Below are positions 40,601 to 50,979 of a stretch of DNA of 64,000 nt, piece by piece. The DNA is from an uncultured Fibrobacteria bacterium (GTDB lineage: Bacteria; Fibrobacterota; Fibrobacteria; UBA11236): NCBI GenBank assembly GCA_963716395.1, contig OY970309.1, forward strand, positions 1,984,001 to 2,048,000, read 5' to 3'. Each line of letters begins with the position of its first letter. Within the stretch, counting starts at the first letter, position 1. A program made the position numbers and the translations under genes. Under the pieces are notes generated by a model, which saw only the letters and a list, made by a program, of their open reading frames with translations, did not search any database and was not told the DNA's origin.

Positions 40601-41274
40601 AACCGGCCCACCGAACCTTTGACCGAAAACAGGGGCTGCTGATCCATATGCAAATCCGGAAACCAGGCGCTCGAAGCATAGGGCGCGCCCGAGCCGCTTT
40701 TGCGCGTGCCTTCGAGAATGAGTTTATATGATCCGTTGATGGTAAGCTTGGGTTGGTCGATGCCTACCAGCTTCATCCATTCCGGTACCTGAAAGGGGAG
40801 ATCGAACACGAAGGTGCCGGGCGTGCCTCCCGGCGACGCCTCCTCATGCCCCGCGAATTCGAGCAGCCAGCGCCGCCGCAGCAAGAGGTTGAACATGTCG
40901 GTGGAATAGTTGTTGAGCTCACGGTAATACGACTGCCACAAGGCGGTGGAGTCGGCGGTGGAATCGCCCGGCGGGCCGATGCGCACGTAATCGACGATTT
41001 CGACTTCGCGGGTGTCGAAGTTGACCACGTGTTTGCGCTTCAGGTATTTGCTGTTGATTTCCAGGAGGCCTTGCGGCGATTCGATGCCTTTGTTGGGTAA
41101 AAGGCCCTGGAGGGGGCGGGCGGCCTCGGGCACCGGCAAATAGTCGAGGCTTTCCTGATAAACGGCTTCGGCGCGCGACCAGAAAAACAGGCAACACCAA
41201 GAGAGGGCATGTAAAAACCATCCCGCCGGTGCCCCTAATCGTTCGCGGGTATGACTAGTCAAGTGTTGCCGCAA
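34642..41274 (-). CDS. sprA: SprA/Sov-like T9SS outer-membrane translocon (2210 aa)
   Basis: YKGQGDELEDDVVQEVEAGNTSLSL, GLFGLKARFKLG, MWRNVY, DYSVVYETGQI, AYIDNFD, WGGVMR, DTEDLD, VVGNPNL, GEIWVDDL; ends in F. Confidence 0.88.
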   Translation of the reverse strand: MRQHLTSHTRERLGAPAGWFLHALSWCCLFFWSRAEAVYQESLDYLPVPEAARPLQGLLPNKGIESPQGLLEINSKYLKRKHVVNFDTREVEIVDYVRIGPPGDSTADSTALWQSYYRELNNYSTDMFNLLLRRRWLLEFAGHEEASPGGTPGTFVFDLPFQVPEWMKLVGIDQPKLTINGSYKLILEGTRKSGSGAPYASSAWFPDLHMDQQPLFSVKGSVGRFISVEINSEEGVNTNLKQQLQVSYKGQGDELEDDVVQEVEAGNTSLSLTGTNLTGYTENHQGLFGLKARFKLGNLEITGIASQEGGSQQVQTFGPGNQSSQTTIADKSIDFYRHFWVKLSDRTDYSNPANWTGSYNGYVQGGQNRRPMYVYRLLGATEIASSTNKVTDTSTACAYDASGNKDKNLCVTGRWVSLPVEGTDFIYNDNLRMLTVPSGYSEITLAVRWQGDPIQTSTGEATADTRDMVLIYSKDHKNDPMLDSLMWRNVYAIPRVAPQNVNTFNLSVLDNEGRTGAPGDSITYVRRLGLEKFNQPGKLDVDNNLLFDFTNGFLILPCLTDGVAGGDPGNCLEPMRRVTPDVKFYSETIQDVQNGSSSSNFQVVGQQRQSTFNVRENSFSANGQQCFDISPGTERLVLNGSTVLQKDVDYSVVYETGQISLISPRALDPNATISVSYECNPAFQIQDKVLVGTRLEYKLDNISDQSLLGATALFKSQTTTQQQPEVGHEPFSQLLLGFNARLAGEPKWMTNFANLFPLVHTDAPSKADFEFEVAQSYYDPNTRNSAYIDNFDFSQNVSSLPLTLYSWSKASPPAYDDNGKPDDTLDYRHQGDLIWHSSFKEQYYQIYGNTGNSYTNSREQTLLKFQFTPNDNLQGNSWGGVMRGFTQGFTDQSLKRTLEVVVQGQGGTVYADLGQISEDISIVANHAPNNSNPGGGTPDGKPDGMLESELLPGATTSTNDCGLDGSCSEKPNGYTEIGGEWECKPSCYFVPRTGSDPNHDDYTVPTDGATEEPYGVDGTENNNSGTQGFAFDTEDLDHSGGIDTTNIYLRYRMPLDSACTANFYCQELANGWRKYDIPLYGGGVTIDPTNSQTVQNILANVKIMRLWLGHLPPHVAKSEVLFAEVNIVGNTWLEGQQNTGFEISSNQFGSGDLGDSTYINVPPTVPDSNLLRIDVVNKQQQPNYFQSPNTPHEVDASTGEPLPEIAVVLHYQNLHAGEAVAATRLLSNDPKDLTQYSRLSLQIHPDSDWVKSAKLYDPRQNHVSFGLQLGRDRGDGNSVDYYEMRLHMDTTLQQAGTDQSALWTQNSFTVNLDDLTGLKNDPLYRAFNGRPVSHNLWNPARNDSSLTVSVVGNPNLSQVNWMRLVIYVDSGATEKQNGEIWVDDLDLNGVNQASGMALRSQIQLNFADFINVSGNLQYTNGEFMTLTQQQVTRGNADTKIDYNSNVSLFANKFMPDAWAVNLPISLSYQGSLDRPFVVPYSDINLQGTGLLDISRDLFNGQVTSIHNPGDSLNDVNNRYARVYQTQVSNQQFSTSYSKAMSSKDFWTRALFERPSLEYRYSASDNSQYYSEATTRDYKFKLSYNLSPKENPALKILGFTDKWKFMPSALSDLAVTPLPEKLNLVLADYSFVRDYSLTKPRTVDDLVQSYPAQYTVDLAHGVDLEWRPLPVFDFGYRLDIDRTFDQDHTCFERESFFDPNPSHCDGMFAHNLIFDWDQSYAGQKQTYWEKTSPTDSILVDTTHYGREYGILARERNRNESFHSDLNLNPLSWLTAGGSFNSDYRHTWVDPQLDVFGQGVVVPSHFSANADHDVRLTLGVNPTSLLGSLASASSGLKGLSSALGDFSHKLDAYRPRNLDLTYTVSNKYNNEAFTYAYLRNNGIAWNNLMAYQLGFLYDPSNLMTLFRGEPDPRFFDYLSSPDPALGQTTMNHLVNRTVDLETGFTLPSLKLDLSGSLKYSNQYTLYRSFQPSDTTVIWPEYTVSGSFGDFASKLPVFRNSLRSMTAYTNYNYIHETDFSVYSPTPDVDKITHQLNPLLRVTATTNSDVRIEVSLTGAYTREVDYGKDASADLAQPLTYLGDQQPLVSLYVHDSSLVSPKTTLSAGLAPTLSWNLETQKGIQFWRYYIKLRNNLRMTVNSAINYTLSKIEDLGTVSESQNQFTAMIKPEADYNFTNNVDAKFWLQYEYDQYFNTPNEEYVHSIEIHGEFTMRF

Positions 41275-41776
41275 ATTTCGTTCCTGTTCCGAATAAGACG
41301 GAACCTATGACGCCAGCCCTTTCAAAAATCGCTCAATTCAAAGGATTACTAGTATACGAAGAAGGTCCGGCCCTGGGCGTGAATCCTCGCTGCCAGACGC
41401 TTCCCGTCATCGTCGGAGCATGCGCGCGATTTCGCAGGCGAACAGGGCGATGAGGATCCCCTCAAGCAAATGGCCCACCGGGTTTTCATATTAATCCACA
41501 GCCGCCGTGTCCCACGTACCGCATCATGATGCTCAGCGCGTCGGCATTCAATTCAGACGCTTCGATTTCAGTGAAGCGCCCGGCCGATTCGTCGGCGTCG
41601 GGTATTCCCACCGCGGCTTTCGGCGGCCCCAAAAACGATTCCCGGGATTCGATCCACTGAAAAGCCGTAAGGGTCAGAACCGATTGGGGTGCTGTGGACA
41701 TGGCGGCAGAAAATAGATCCTGTCGAAGACCCTCTCTCCTTGTATTTTGCCCTTTCCCACGGGATATATTTACGCG

Positions 41777-42628
41777 ATGGACGCGCAGGAACAGTTGTTC
41801 GCCTGGTTGCAAGTGCGGCTTTCGCCGCCGGCCTGCGCTTGGCTGCGCGATCGCTGCGCGGCGTTGGCGCGCGGCGCGCCCGAGCGGGAATTCTTCTTGG
41901 CCTTCAGCCAGGCGGTTCGCCATGCCGGAAAAAACTTGCTGGCCTTGAACCCCGGCGAGCAACAGCAGGCCGCGGCCTTGCGCCCCGGGTGGGATTTGCG
42001 CGATTGGACGGCCGATCAGGCCGCGCGCGCCGCCCTGCTCTTGGCTTTGCCGCCCGGTTCCAAGACCGTGGCCGCGATTTTATCGCTGCATCAAAGCGCC
42101 GATCTGGGCGAGCATGTGGCCCTGGCGTGCGCGCTTTTTTTGCCGGCCGACGCCAAAGCCTTGATCCACATCGCCCGTGAAGCCATTCGCAGCAATATGC
42201 GCGACGTGTTCGCGGCCATTTCCCAGCGCAACCCGTATCCGGCCGAGCATTGCGACGACATCGCCTGGAACCAGATGGTGGCCAAATGCCTGTTCGTGGA
42301 TTTGCCGCTGCGAACCATCGCCGGGTTGGACCGTCGCGCCAATGCCGCCTTGGCGGCCATGCTCGTCGACCTGGCGGCCGAACGCCGCGCGGCGCATCGC
42401 AGCTTTTCGCCCGAAGCCTGGCGCTGCGTGGCGCCCTTCGCAAAGGACGCCGCGATCGCGGCCATGGAAAAAGCCCTGGACGGATCGCCGGCCGAGCGCC
42501 GCGGCGCGGCCTTGGGATTATGGGCGGCCGGCGCCGGTGGCCGCGAGGCCGTGGCGCGCAAAGCCGCCGACTTGCGCCCCGCGCTGGAAGCCGGAACCTT
42601 GAACTGGGAGAATTTTGATCATGTCTGA
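41777..42628 (+). CDS. eboA: EboA-domain protein
   Basis: WTADQAAR, AIRSNM, NPYPAEH, WNQMVAKCLF, ERRAAHR. Confidence 0.88.
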   Translation: MDAQEQLFAWLQVRLSPPACAWLRDRCAALARGAPEREFFLAFSQAVRHAGKNLLALNPGEQQQAAALRPGWDLRDWTADQAARAALLLALPPGSKTVAAILSLHQSADLGEHVALACALFLPADAKALIHIAREAIRSNMRDVFAAISQRNPYPAEHCDDIAWNQMVAKCLFVDLPLRTIAGLDRRANAALAAMLVDLAAERRAAHRSFSPEAWRCVAPFAKDAAIAAMEKALDGSPAERRGAALGLWAAGAGGREAVARKAADLRPALEAGTLNWENFDHV

Positions 42629-43538
42629 AGCCAAGCCCTTGCGCTGCATCGATCCGCATATCCACATGGTGTCGCGCACTACCGACGATTACGAGGCCAT
42701 GCGGGCCGGCGGGGTGGTGGCCGTGATCGAGCCCGCCTTCTGGGTCGGCCAGCCGCGCACCACGCCCGGCACCTTCATCGACTATTTCGCTTCGCTGCTG
42801 GGCTGGGAGCGCTTCCGCGCGGCGCAATTCGGCATTCGGCATTATTGCACCATCGGGCTCAACTCCAAAGAGGCCAACAATGAGCCGCTGGCCGAACAGG
42901 TGATGGATCTGTTGCCCCGCTTCGCGGGCAAAGAAGGCGTGGTGGCCATCGGCGAAATCGGCTATGACGAAATCACCGCGGCCGAGGAAAAATTCTTCCG
43001 GCGGCAATTGGAACTGGCTAAAGAACTCGACCTGCCCGTCATGATCCACACTCCGCATCGCGACAAGAAGCGCGGCACCTCGCGCAGCATGGATGTGATC
43101 GTGGAGCACGGCATCGCGCCGACGAAGGTGGTCATCGACCATAACAATGAAGAGACGTGCAAGGAGGTGCTGGATCGCGGCTTCTGGTGCGCCTTCACCA
43201 TTTACCCCAAAACCAAGATGGGGAATATGCGCATGGTCGGGCTGGCCAAAAAGTACGGCTCCGAACGCGTGATCGTCGACAGCAGCGCCGACTGGGGCAT
43301 CAGCGACCCGCAGGCGGTTCCCAAAACCGCCCTGCTCATGCTTGAACAGGGGGTTGCCCGCGCCGACGTGGAAAAAATCTGCTATGGTAACGCCCTGGCG
43401 GCTTACGGCCAGAGCGGGCAAATGCGCGAAAGCGACTGGCTCGACCCCGCGCGCGTCGATCGCTCGCAAGTGTTCGCAGGCAACAGCATTTTGCGCGGCG
43501 GCGGCGCCGCACCCGCCGACGAACGGGTGATCGAATAA
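42621..43538 (+). CDS. eboB: TatD-family metallohydrolase EboB
   Basis: DPHIHMVSRTTDDY, EPAFWVGQPRT, GLNSKEANN, HTPHRDK, YPKTKM, DSSADWG. Confidence 0.92.
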   Translation: MSEAKPLRCIDPHIHMVSRTTDDYEAMRAGGVVAVIEPAFWVGQPRTTPGTFIDYFASLLGWERFRAAQFGIRHYCTIGLNSKEANNEPLAEQVMDLLPRFAGKEGVVAIGEIGYDEITAAEEKFFRRQLELAKELDLPVMIHTPHRDKKRGTSRSMDVIVEHGIAPTKVVIDHNNEETCKEVLDRGFWCAFTIYPKTKMGNMRMVGLAKKYGSERVIVDSSADWGISDPQAVPKTALLMLEQGVARADVEKICYGNALAAYGQSGQMRESDWLDPARVDRSQVFAGNSILRGGGAAPADERVIE

Positions 43539-43589
43539 GCCGGCCCGGAGCGGCATCCCGCCCAGGTATCCTCTGAGTTACAGATGCGG

Positions 43590-43608
43590 CGGCCCCGATG
43601 CGGGGCCG
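43590..43608. terminator. GC hairpin between convergent genes
   Basis: CGGCCCCG-ATG-CGGGGCCG; no clear U tail. Confidence 0.4.
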
Positions 43609-43617
43609 ACCCGCGCG

Positions 43618-45552
43618 TCAAAACAAGTCGATGCCCGGCCAGGCGATACCGGCGTTTTTGACGTTCGTCATCATTTGATCCAACACGAAACTGAAATCCG
43701 TGTTGGGATTGGTGGTGTCGCGGCTGTTGGAGACTGAAATCATGATGAACCCGTCGCCGGTACGGTGCAGCATGGCGCTGGTGCCGTCGAGCCCGCCGTT
43801 ATGCCAGACGCTGCCGCCGCCGTCGTTCACCCAGCCGCACCCGTAATTCGAAGGATTGCCCGCCGTGTCCACCACGCCTTTGGGTGGGGTCATGGTCGTG
43901 TCCCAGTCGGCTTTGGTCAAGAGGTCGGCGGGTGAACCGACGCCGTCGTCATGCACCCCGAAACGGGCCAGGTCGACGGCCGACGCAATCCAGCCGCCAT
44001 GCGAATCCATGCGCGGAATGTTGTAGCCGTAGGGATTGCCGGGCGCGTAATACTTCACCTCGTGCAGGGCCGTATTGCGGTCGGCCAAGGTGCTGCCCGC
44101 GATTTCCATGTCGTGAATGCCGCAAGGCGCCAGCACATGGGCCTTGACCCAAGCGGCATAGCTTTGCCCGCCCAGCTTTTCCACGACGCGGCCGAGAAGG
44201 CAGAAGCCGAAATTCGCATAGCAATACACCTTGCCGGGCGGATTCACCAGCGGCAGATTGTTCATGGTCCAGGTGATGAGCTGGGCGTGATCCATGCTCG
44301 GGTTGGTGAACATGGGATCGATGGTGTCGGCCGTCGAACGCTTGCCCCGGCCCGACCAGCCGCCCGCGTCGTGGTTCAGCAGATTGCGCACCGTGATCTT
44401 CTTCATGTTTTGCGTGTAATTCGCGGGCGTGCCATAGGTGTTGTCCAAGATGGCGCCCGACCCGAATACCTTGTCGTCGAGCTTCAATTTGCCCATTTCC
44501 TTGAGCTTGAAAATGGCGGCCGAGGTGATGGTTTTGGTCACGCTCATGATGCGGAAATGGCTGTCGGCATGCGCGGGTTCGTGATTTTCTTTATCGGCCA
44601 TGCCGTAGGCCTTGGCGAACACCAACCGGCCGTTTCTGGCCACGGCCATGGAAATGGCGGGCGCCGAGGTGGTGCGCAGGACTTGGTTCACCACGCTGTC
44701 GATCTTGTCCAAATCCTTCTGGCTGTACGCGGGGTTGTCCCAAATCGCGGCGTAGCGATCCGAGCCGCTGACGGTGTAGCCGTCGACCTCGACGGGACGA
44801 TAACCCTGATAGAAGAAGTCGTCGAAATCGAGTTGGTAATCCGACGCCGACAGCCCGTGCTTGGCCTGCCAGGGAAGGCCCGATTGTCTATCCCAAATGG
44901 CGGCGTAAAAATCCTGGTTGCCGAGGCCGTAGCCGCTGACTTCGCGCAGGCGAAAACCTTTGTGCGTCAGCGAATCAAAGACATGCTGGTATTCCGAAGC
45001 GGTCAAGCCATGCCGCGCCTCGTACACCGGCCCGGCGCTCTTGTCCCAAATGGCCGCGTAGCAAACCGCATGGCCGCAGGCATAGCCGCTGACTTCGAGC
45101 AGCCGGTAGCCCTTGGTTTTGAGCGAGTCGAAAACGTGCTGGTATTGCGCCGCAGTCAAACCGTGGCGCGCATCCCAGGCGGCGCCGCCCGCGTGGTTCC
45201 AGATCGCGGCGTAATAATCCTGTCCCGCGACTTCGTAGCCGCTCACCCAAACCGGGCGATACCCCTTGGTTTTGAGCGAGTCGAATTCATGCTGGTATTG
45301 AGCCGAGGTGAGCCCATGCCGCGCCTGCCAGGCCGGGCCGCCCGATTGATCCCACAGCGCGGCGTAGCGCGCTTCGTTGCCGACGGCATAACCCGAAACG
45401 TCGACGAGGCGGTAACCTTTGGTTTTAAGCGAATCGAACACATGCTGATATTGCGCCGCGCTCAACCCGTGGCGCGCCACCCAGGCCGGAACGGCCTGCG
45501 CGGCCAAACAAGCACCCAGTACCAGACCAATCCATCGCGAAGAAACGGGCAT
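43618..45552 (-). CDS. Secreted serine hydrolase (beta-lactamase fold) with five N-terminal BTRD1/polyglycine-hydrolase-type repeats
   Basis: AAGGAG RBS, signal peptide AQA; SVTK, YANF and HNG motifs; 51-aa repeats. Confidence 0.88.
   Translation of the reverse strand: MPVSSRWIGLVLGACLAAQAVPAWVARHGLSAAQYQHVFDSLKTKGYRLVDVSGYAVGNEARYAALWDQSGGPAWQARHGLTSAQYQHEFDSLKTKGYRPVWVSGYEVAGQDYYAAIWNHAGGAAWDARHGLTAAQYQHVFDSLKTKGYRLLEVSGYACGHAVCYAAIWDKSAGPVYEARHGLTASEYQHVFDSLTHKGFRLREVSGYGLGNQDFYAAIWDRQSGLPWQAKHGLSASDYQLDFDDFFYQGYRPVEVDGYTVSGSDRYAAIWDNPAYSQKDLDKIDSVVNQVLRTTSAPAISMAVARNGRLVFAKAYGMADKENHEPAHADSHFRIMSVTKTITSAAIFKLKEMGKLKLDDKVFGSGAILDNTYGTPANYTQNMKKITVRNLLNHDAGGWSGRGKRSTADTIDPMFTNPSMDHAQLITWTMNNLPLVNPPGKVYCYANFGFCLLGRVVEKLGGQSYAAWVKAHVLAPCGIHDMEIAGSTLADRNTALHEVKYYAPGNPYGYNIPRMDSHGGWIASAVDLARFGVHDDGVGSPADLLTKADWDTTMTPPKGVVDTAGNPSNYGCGWVNDGGGSVWHNGGLDGTSAMLHRTGDGFIMISVSNSRDTTNPNTDFSFVLDQMMTNVKNAGIAWPGIDLF
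44730..45483 (-). repeat. Five ~153-bp coding repeats
   Basis: W.ARHGL...YQ..FD.....GYR...VSGY......YAA.W x5. Confidence 0.9.
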
Positions 45553-45704
45553 AGCGACTCCTTTTGTGCGCATCGGTTTTGTCCCGAAGCCGATGGCGGG
45601 GCTTAGACGTCTCACTAAAGAGAATGGTGCCATATCGGCGGGCATAAGTTAGTACTTCGATTCCGCCGCTCCCGGGCGTGAAAGGCGAATGCGGGGTGGG
45701 GGAT

Positions 45705-48428
<2,724 letters not shown>

Positions 48429-48505
48429 GGCGCGATTCGCCGGGAAGGGATTAACGTCAAAGAGTACATTTTCACCATGCTGCGAAAAAATCCCCACGCG
48501 CCGTG

Positions 48506-49285
48506 ATGCGCCCTTCCGCACCCTTATTGTGGCTGGGTTGGATGGTAGCGGCGGCCTGGATGCCGGCGCCGGCGCAATGGGCCACGCCGCCCTTGCTCAA
48601 ACCGGAAATCGAAGCCGAGCTGCCGCATGACACCGCCGCCTTCACCCAAGGGCTGTTGTGGTTGGACGGCAAGTTGTACGAAAGCACGGGATTGTACGGA
48701 CAATCCTCGCTGCGTGAATTGAATCCCGAAAACGGCGCCGTGATCCGCCGCCAACCCGTGGCGCCGCAATACTTTGCCGAAGGGCTGGCCCAATTCCGCG
48801 GCGAGCTGGTGCAACTCACCTGGAAAGCGGGGGTGGCTTTTCGCTATCCCATGAAGCGCTGGGATCGGCCGCCCGGCCGTTTCACCTATGACGGCGAAGG
48901 CTGGGGCCTCACCACCTTGGGGCAATCGCTATGGATGAGCAACGGGTCCGACACCTTGTACCGCCGCGATGCCGCCTTCCGCGTCACGGGCCGGTTGCCG
49001 GTCACCTTGATGGGCAGGCCGTTGACGCATCTCAATGAACTTGAGGGCGTGTCCGGAAAAATCCTGGCCAACGTGTGGTATTGCGATTCGATCTTCATCA
49101 TCGACCCGCGCGAAGGCCGGGTGCTGGCGGTGGTTGACGGCACGCCGCTGGTCCGGCGCAGCCGGCGGAAATCGCCGGATGCAGTGCTCAACGGCATCGC
49201 CTACAACCCCCGCACCAAGGTGTTTTTCATCACCGGCAAGGATTGGCCCGTGCTGTTCAAGGTGCGTCTTCCCTTCACTTTCTGA
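48506..49285 (+). CDS. Glutaminyl-peptide cyclotransferase (plant/bacterial beta-propeller type)
   Basis: PHD..AFTQGL, ESTGLYG, FAEGL, EGWGL, SNGS, LNELE, VLNGIA, TGKDW. Confidence 0.93.
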   Translation: MRPSAPLLWLGWMVAAAWMPAPAQWATPPLLKPEIEAELPHDTAAFTQGLLWLDGKLYESTGLYGQSSLRELNPENGAVIRRQPVAPQYFAEGLAQFRGELVQLTWKAGVAFRYPMKRWDRPPGRFTYDGEGWGLTTLGQSLWMSNGSDTLYRRDAAFRVTGRLPVTLMGRPLTHLNELEGVSGKILANVWYCDSIFIIDPREGRVLAVVDGTPLVRRSRRKSPDAVLNGIAYNPRTKVFFITGKDWPVLFKVRLPFTF

Positions 49286-49294
49286 GGCCGCATC

Positions 49295-49792
49295 GTGCGG
49301 CCGACCGCCCCAATTTTCGGTGTCGCGGCGCTGGCGGTCGCCGCTGGATGGTGGTCGTGCCGGTCGGTCGAAACGCCTCCGCCCGACCCCGCCGCCGCGG
49401 CCTGTGCCCGAGTCGCCGCCCAGGCCTTTCCCGCGGTCGCCAATGCCGGCGCGAAGCGGAACGACTCCAACGCAACCGCCATGTTACCTGGGACCTTTTA
49501 CCGCATCGCTTTGCAGCCCAGCCCGACCCAACCCGGGCGATATCTGGGTTTCGTGCCTCTGGCCATCGATAGTGCGGGTACATACCGCCTGTTCCTCGAC
49601 GCGGCCTATCCCTTGGCGTTGCTGGATTCGGCCGGAAACCCGCTCAGGGCTTCGGTTTCGGAACAGGATTCGGGCGTGTGCGCCGCGATCGATGTTTTCT
49701 ATACCTTCGCGTTGGCAGCCGGTTCTTATCAGGTGCAAGTGGGAACCACCGACTCGACCCATGCTGGCTTCCTGGCCGAAGCCGTACCGTGA
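49295..49792 (+). CDS. Hypothetical lipoprotein
   Basis: Signal with WWSC; two more Cys; beta-rich; stop overlaps the next start (GTGA). Confidence 0.6.
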   Translation: MRPTAPIFGVAALAVAAGWWSCRSVETPPPDPAAAACARVAAQAFPAVANAGAKRNDSNATAMLPGTFYRIALQPSPTQPGRYLGFVPLAIDSAGTYRLFLDAAYPLALLDSAGNPLRASVSEQDSGVCAAIDVFYTFALAAGSYQVQVGTTDSTHAGFLAEAVP

Positions 49793-50979
49793 GGCCGCGG
49801 TTGAGATTGCGGCGGTGGGGGGCGGTCGCACGGCGCCTCTTCTGTCCCTTAGGTCTCTCGTGCCTCCTGTGCCTCCTGGCCGCGGGCTGCCGGCCCGCCG
49901 CAGCGCCCCGGACCAAGGTGAAAACCGATCCCTTGCGCTGGGCCCGTTGCGTGACCTGGGTAGTGCGCGATTCTGTGACGCATCTAACGGTTTATCCGGC
50001 CTGGAAAGGCGACCCGTCGCCGCTGCGCTACGCCTTGATCCCGCGCGGTGCGGCCGGGGTCGCTCCCGGCGAAATCGCCCTGCCGGTGCCGGCGCGGCGC
50101 ATCGTCTGCCTGGCTTCGGTGCATGCGGGCTATCTGGCGGCCCTGGGGGACGAGGCGTCGATCGTGGCTGTGGGCGCGGCCGGGGATGTGTATGACAGCG
50201 CGTTGCGCGCCGCCGTGCGCGCCGGCCGCGTGGCCGCGGTGGGATCGGGGTCGCAGCTCAATGCCGAAGCCGTGCTGGCCTTGCATCCCGATTTGGTGCT
50301 GGCCAATGCCGTCGACGCAGCGGATTACGCGGCCTTGCAGCGTCTGCAGGCCGCAGGCATTCCGGTATGCGTGACCGCGGAGTGGATGGAGGATCACCCG
50401 CTGGCGCGGGCCGAATGGCTGCGTGTATTTGGGCGGCTGGTGGGCCGGGGCGGGCGGGCCGATTCGCTGTTCGCCGCCGAAGCGGCGGCCTATTTGTCGC
50501 TGGCGCGGCGCGGCGCCGAGGAGAAGAACCGGCCCACGGTGATCGTGGGCGCGCCTTTCCGCGACACCTGGTTTGTGCCCGGGGGGCGCAGCTTCATGGC
50601 CCGCTTTCTCTCCGACGCCGGAGCGGATTACCTTTGGCAGCATGACACCACGGCCGGCGGCGTGCCCTTGAGTCTGGAAGCGGTATTGGCGCGGGGCCGC
50701 AACGCCGCGTTTTGGCTCGAACCCGGCAATTGGCGCACCTTGCAGGACGGCCGGCGGCAAGATGCGCGTCTCGCGGTTTTTTCCGCCTTTCGGCGCGGGG
50801 CGGTGTACAACAATGATGCCCGCACGGCGCCCGCGGGCGGGAATGACTTTTGGGAGTCGGCTCCGGTGTATCCGCATCGGGTGCTGCGCGACCTGTTGGC
50901 GATTTTCCATCCCGCCGATTTTCCCGGCCCCCTGTTTTATTATCGCCGCCTGCCCGCGGGCGACGCGCATCACCCTTGA
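49789..50979 (+). CDS. Iron-complex/cobalamin ABC transporter substrate-binding lipoprotein
   Basis: AAGC lipobox, RRIVCL, EWMEDHPLARAEW, GGNDFWES...VLRDL. Confidence 0.88.
   Translation: MRPRLRLRRWGAVARRLFCPLGLSCLLCLLAAGCRPAAAPRTKVKTDPLRWARCVTWVVRDSVTHLTVYPAWKGDPSPLRYALIPRGAAGVAPGEIALPVPARRIVCLASVHAGYLAALGDEASIVAVGAAGDVYDSALRAAVRAGRVAAVGSGSQLNAEAVLALHPDLVLANAVDAADYAALQRLQAAGIPVCVTAEWMEDHPLARAEWLRVFGRLVGRGGRADSLFAAEAAAYLSLARRGAEEKNRPTVIVGAPFRDTWFVPGGRSFMARFLSDAGADYLWQHDTTAGGVPLSLEAVLARGRNAAFWLEPGNWRTLQDGRRQDARLAVFSAFRRGAVYNNDARTAPAGGNDFWESAPVYPHRVLRDLLAIFHPADFPGPLFYYRRLPAGDAHHP

Noticed and set aside
41275-41760. Long intergenic region between sprA and eboA, with small ORFs
   Set aside because: No recognisable riboswitch, ncRNA or convincing gene remnant by eye; an Rfam/BLASTX search would be needed.
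44730-45483. Regularly spaced repeats that could suggest a CRISPR array or DGR
   Set aside because: In-frame degenerate protein repeats with no unique spacers, cas genes or reverse transcriptase.
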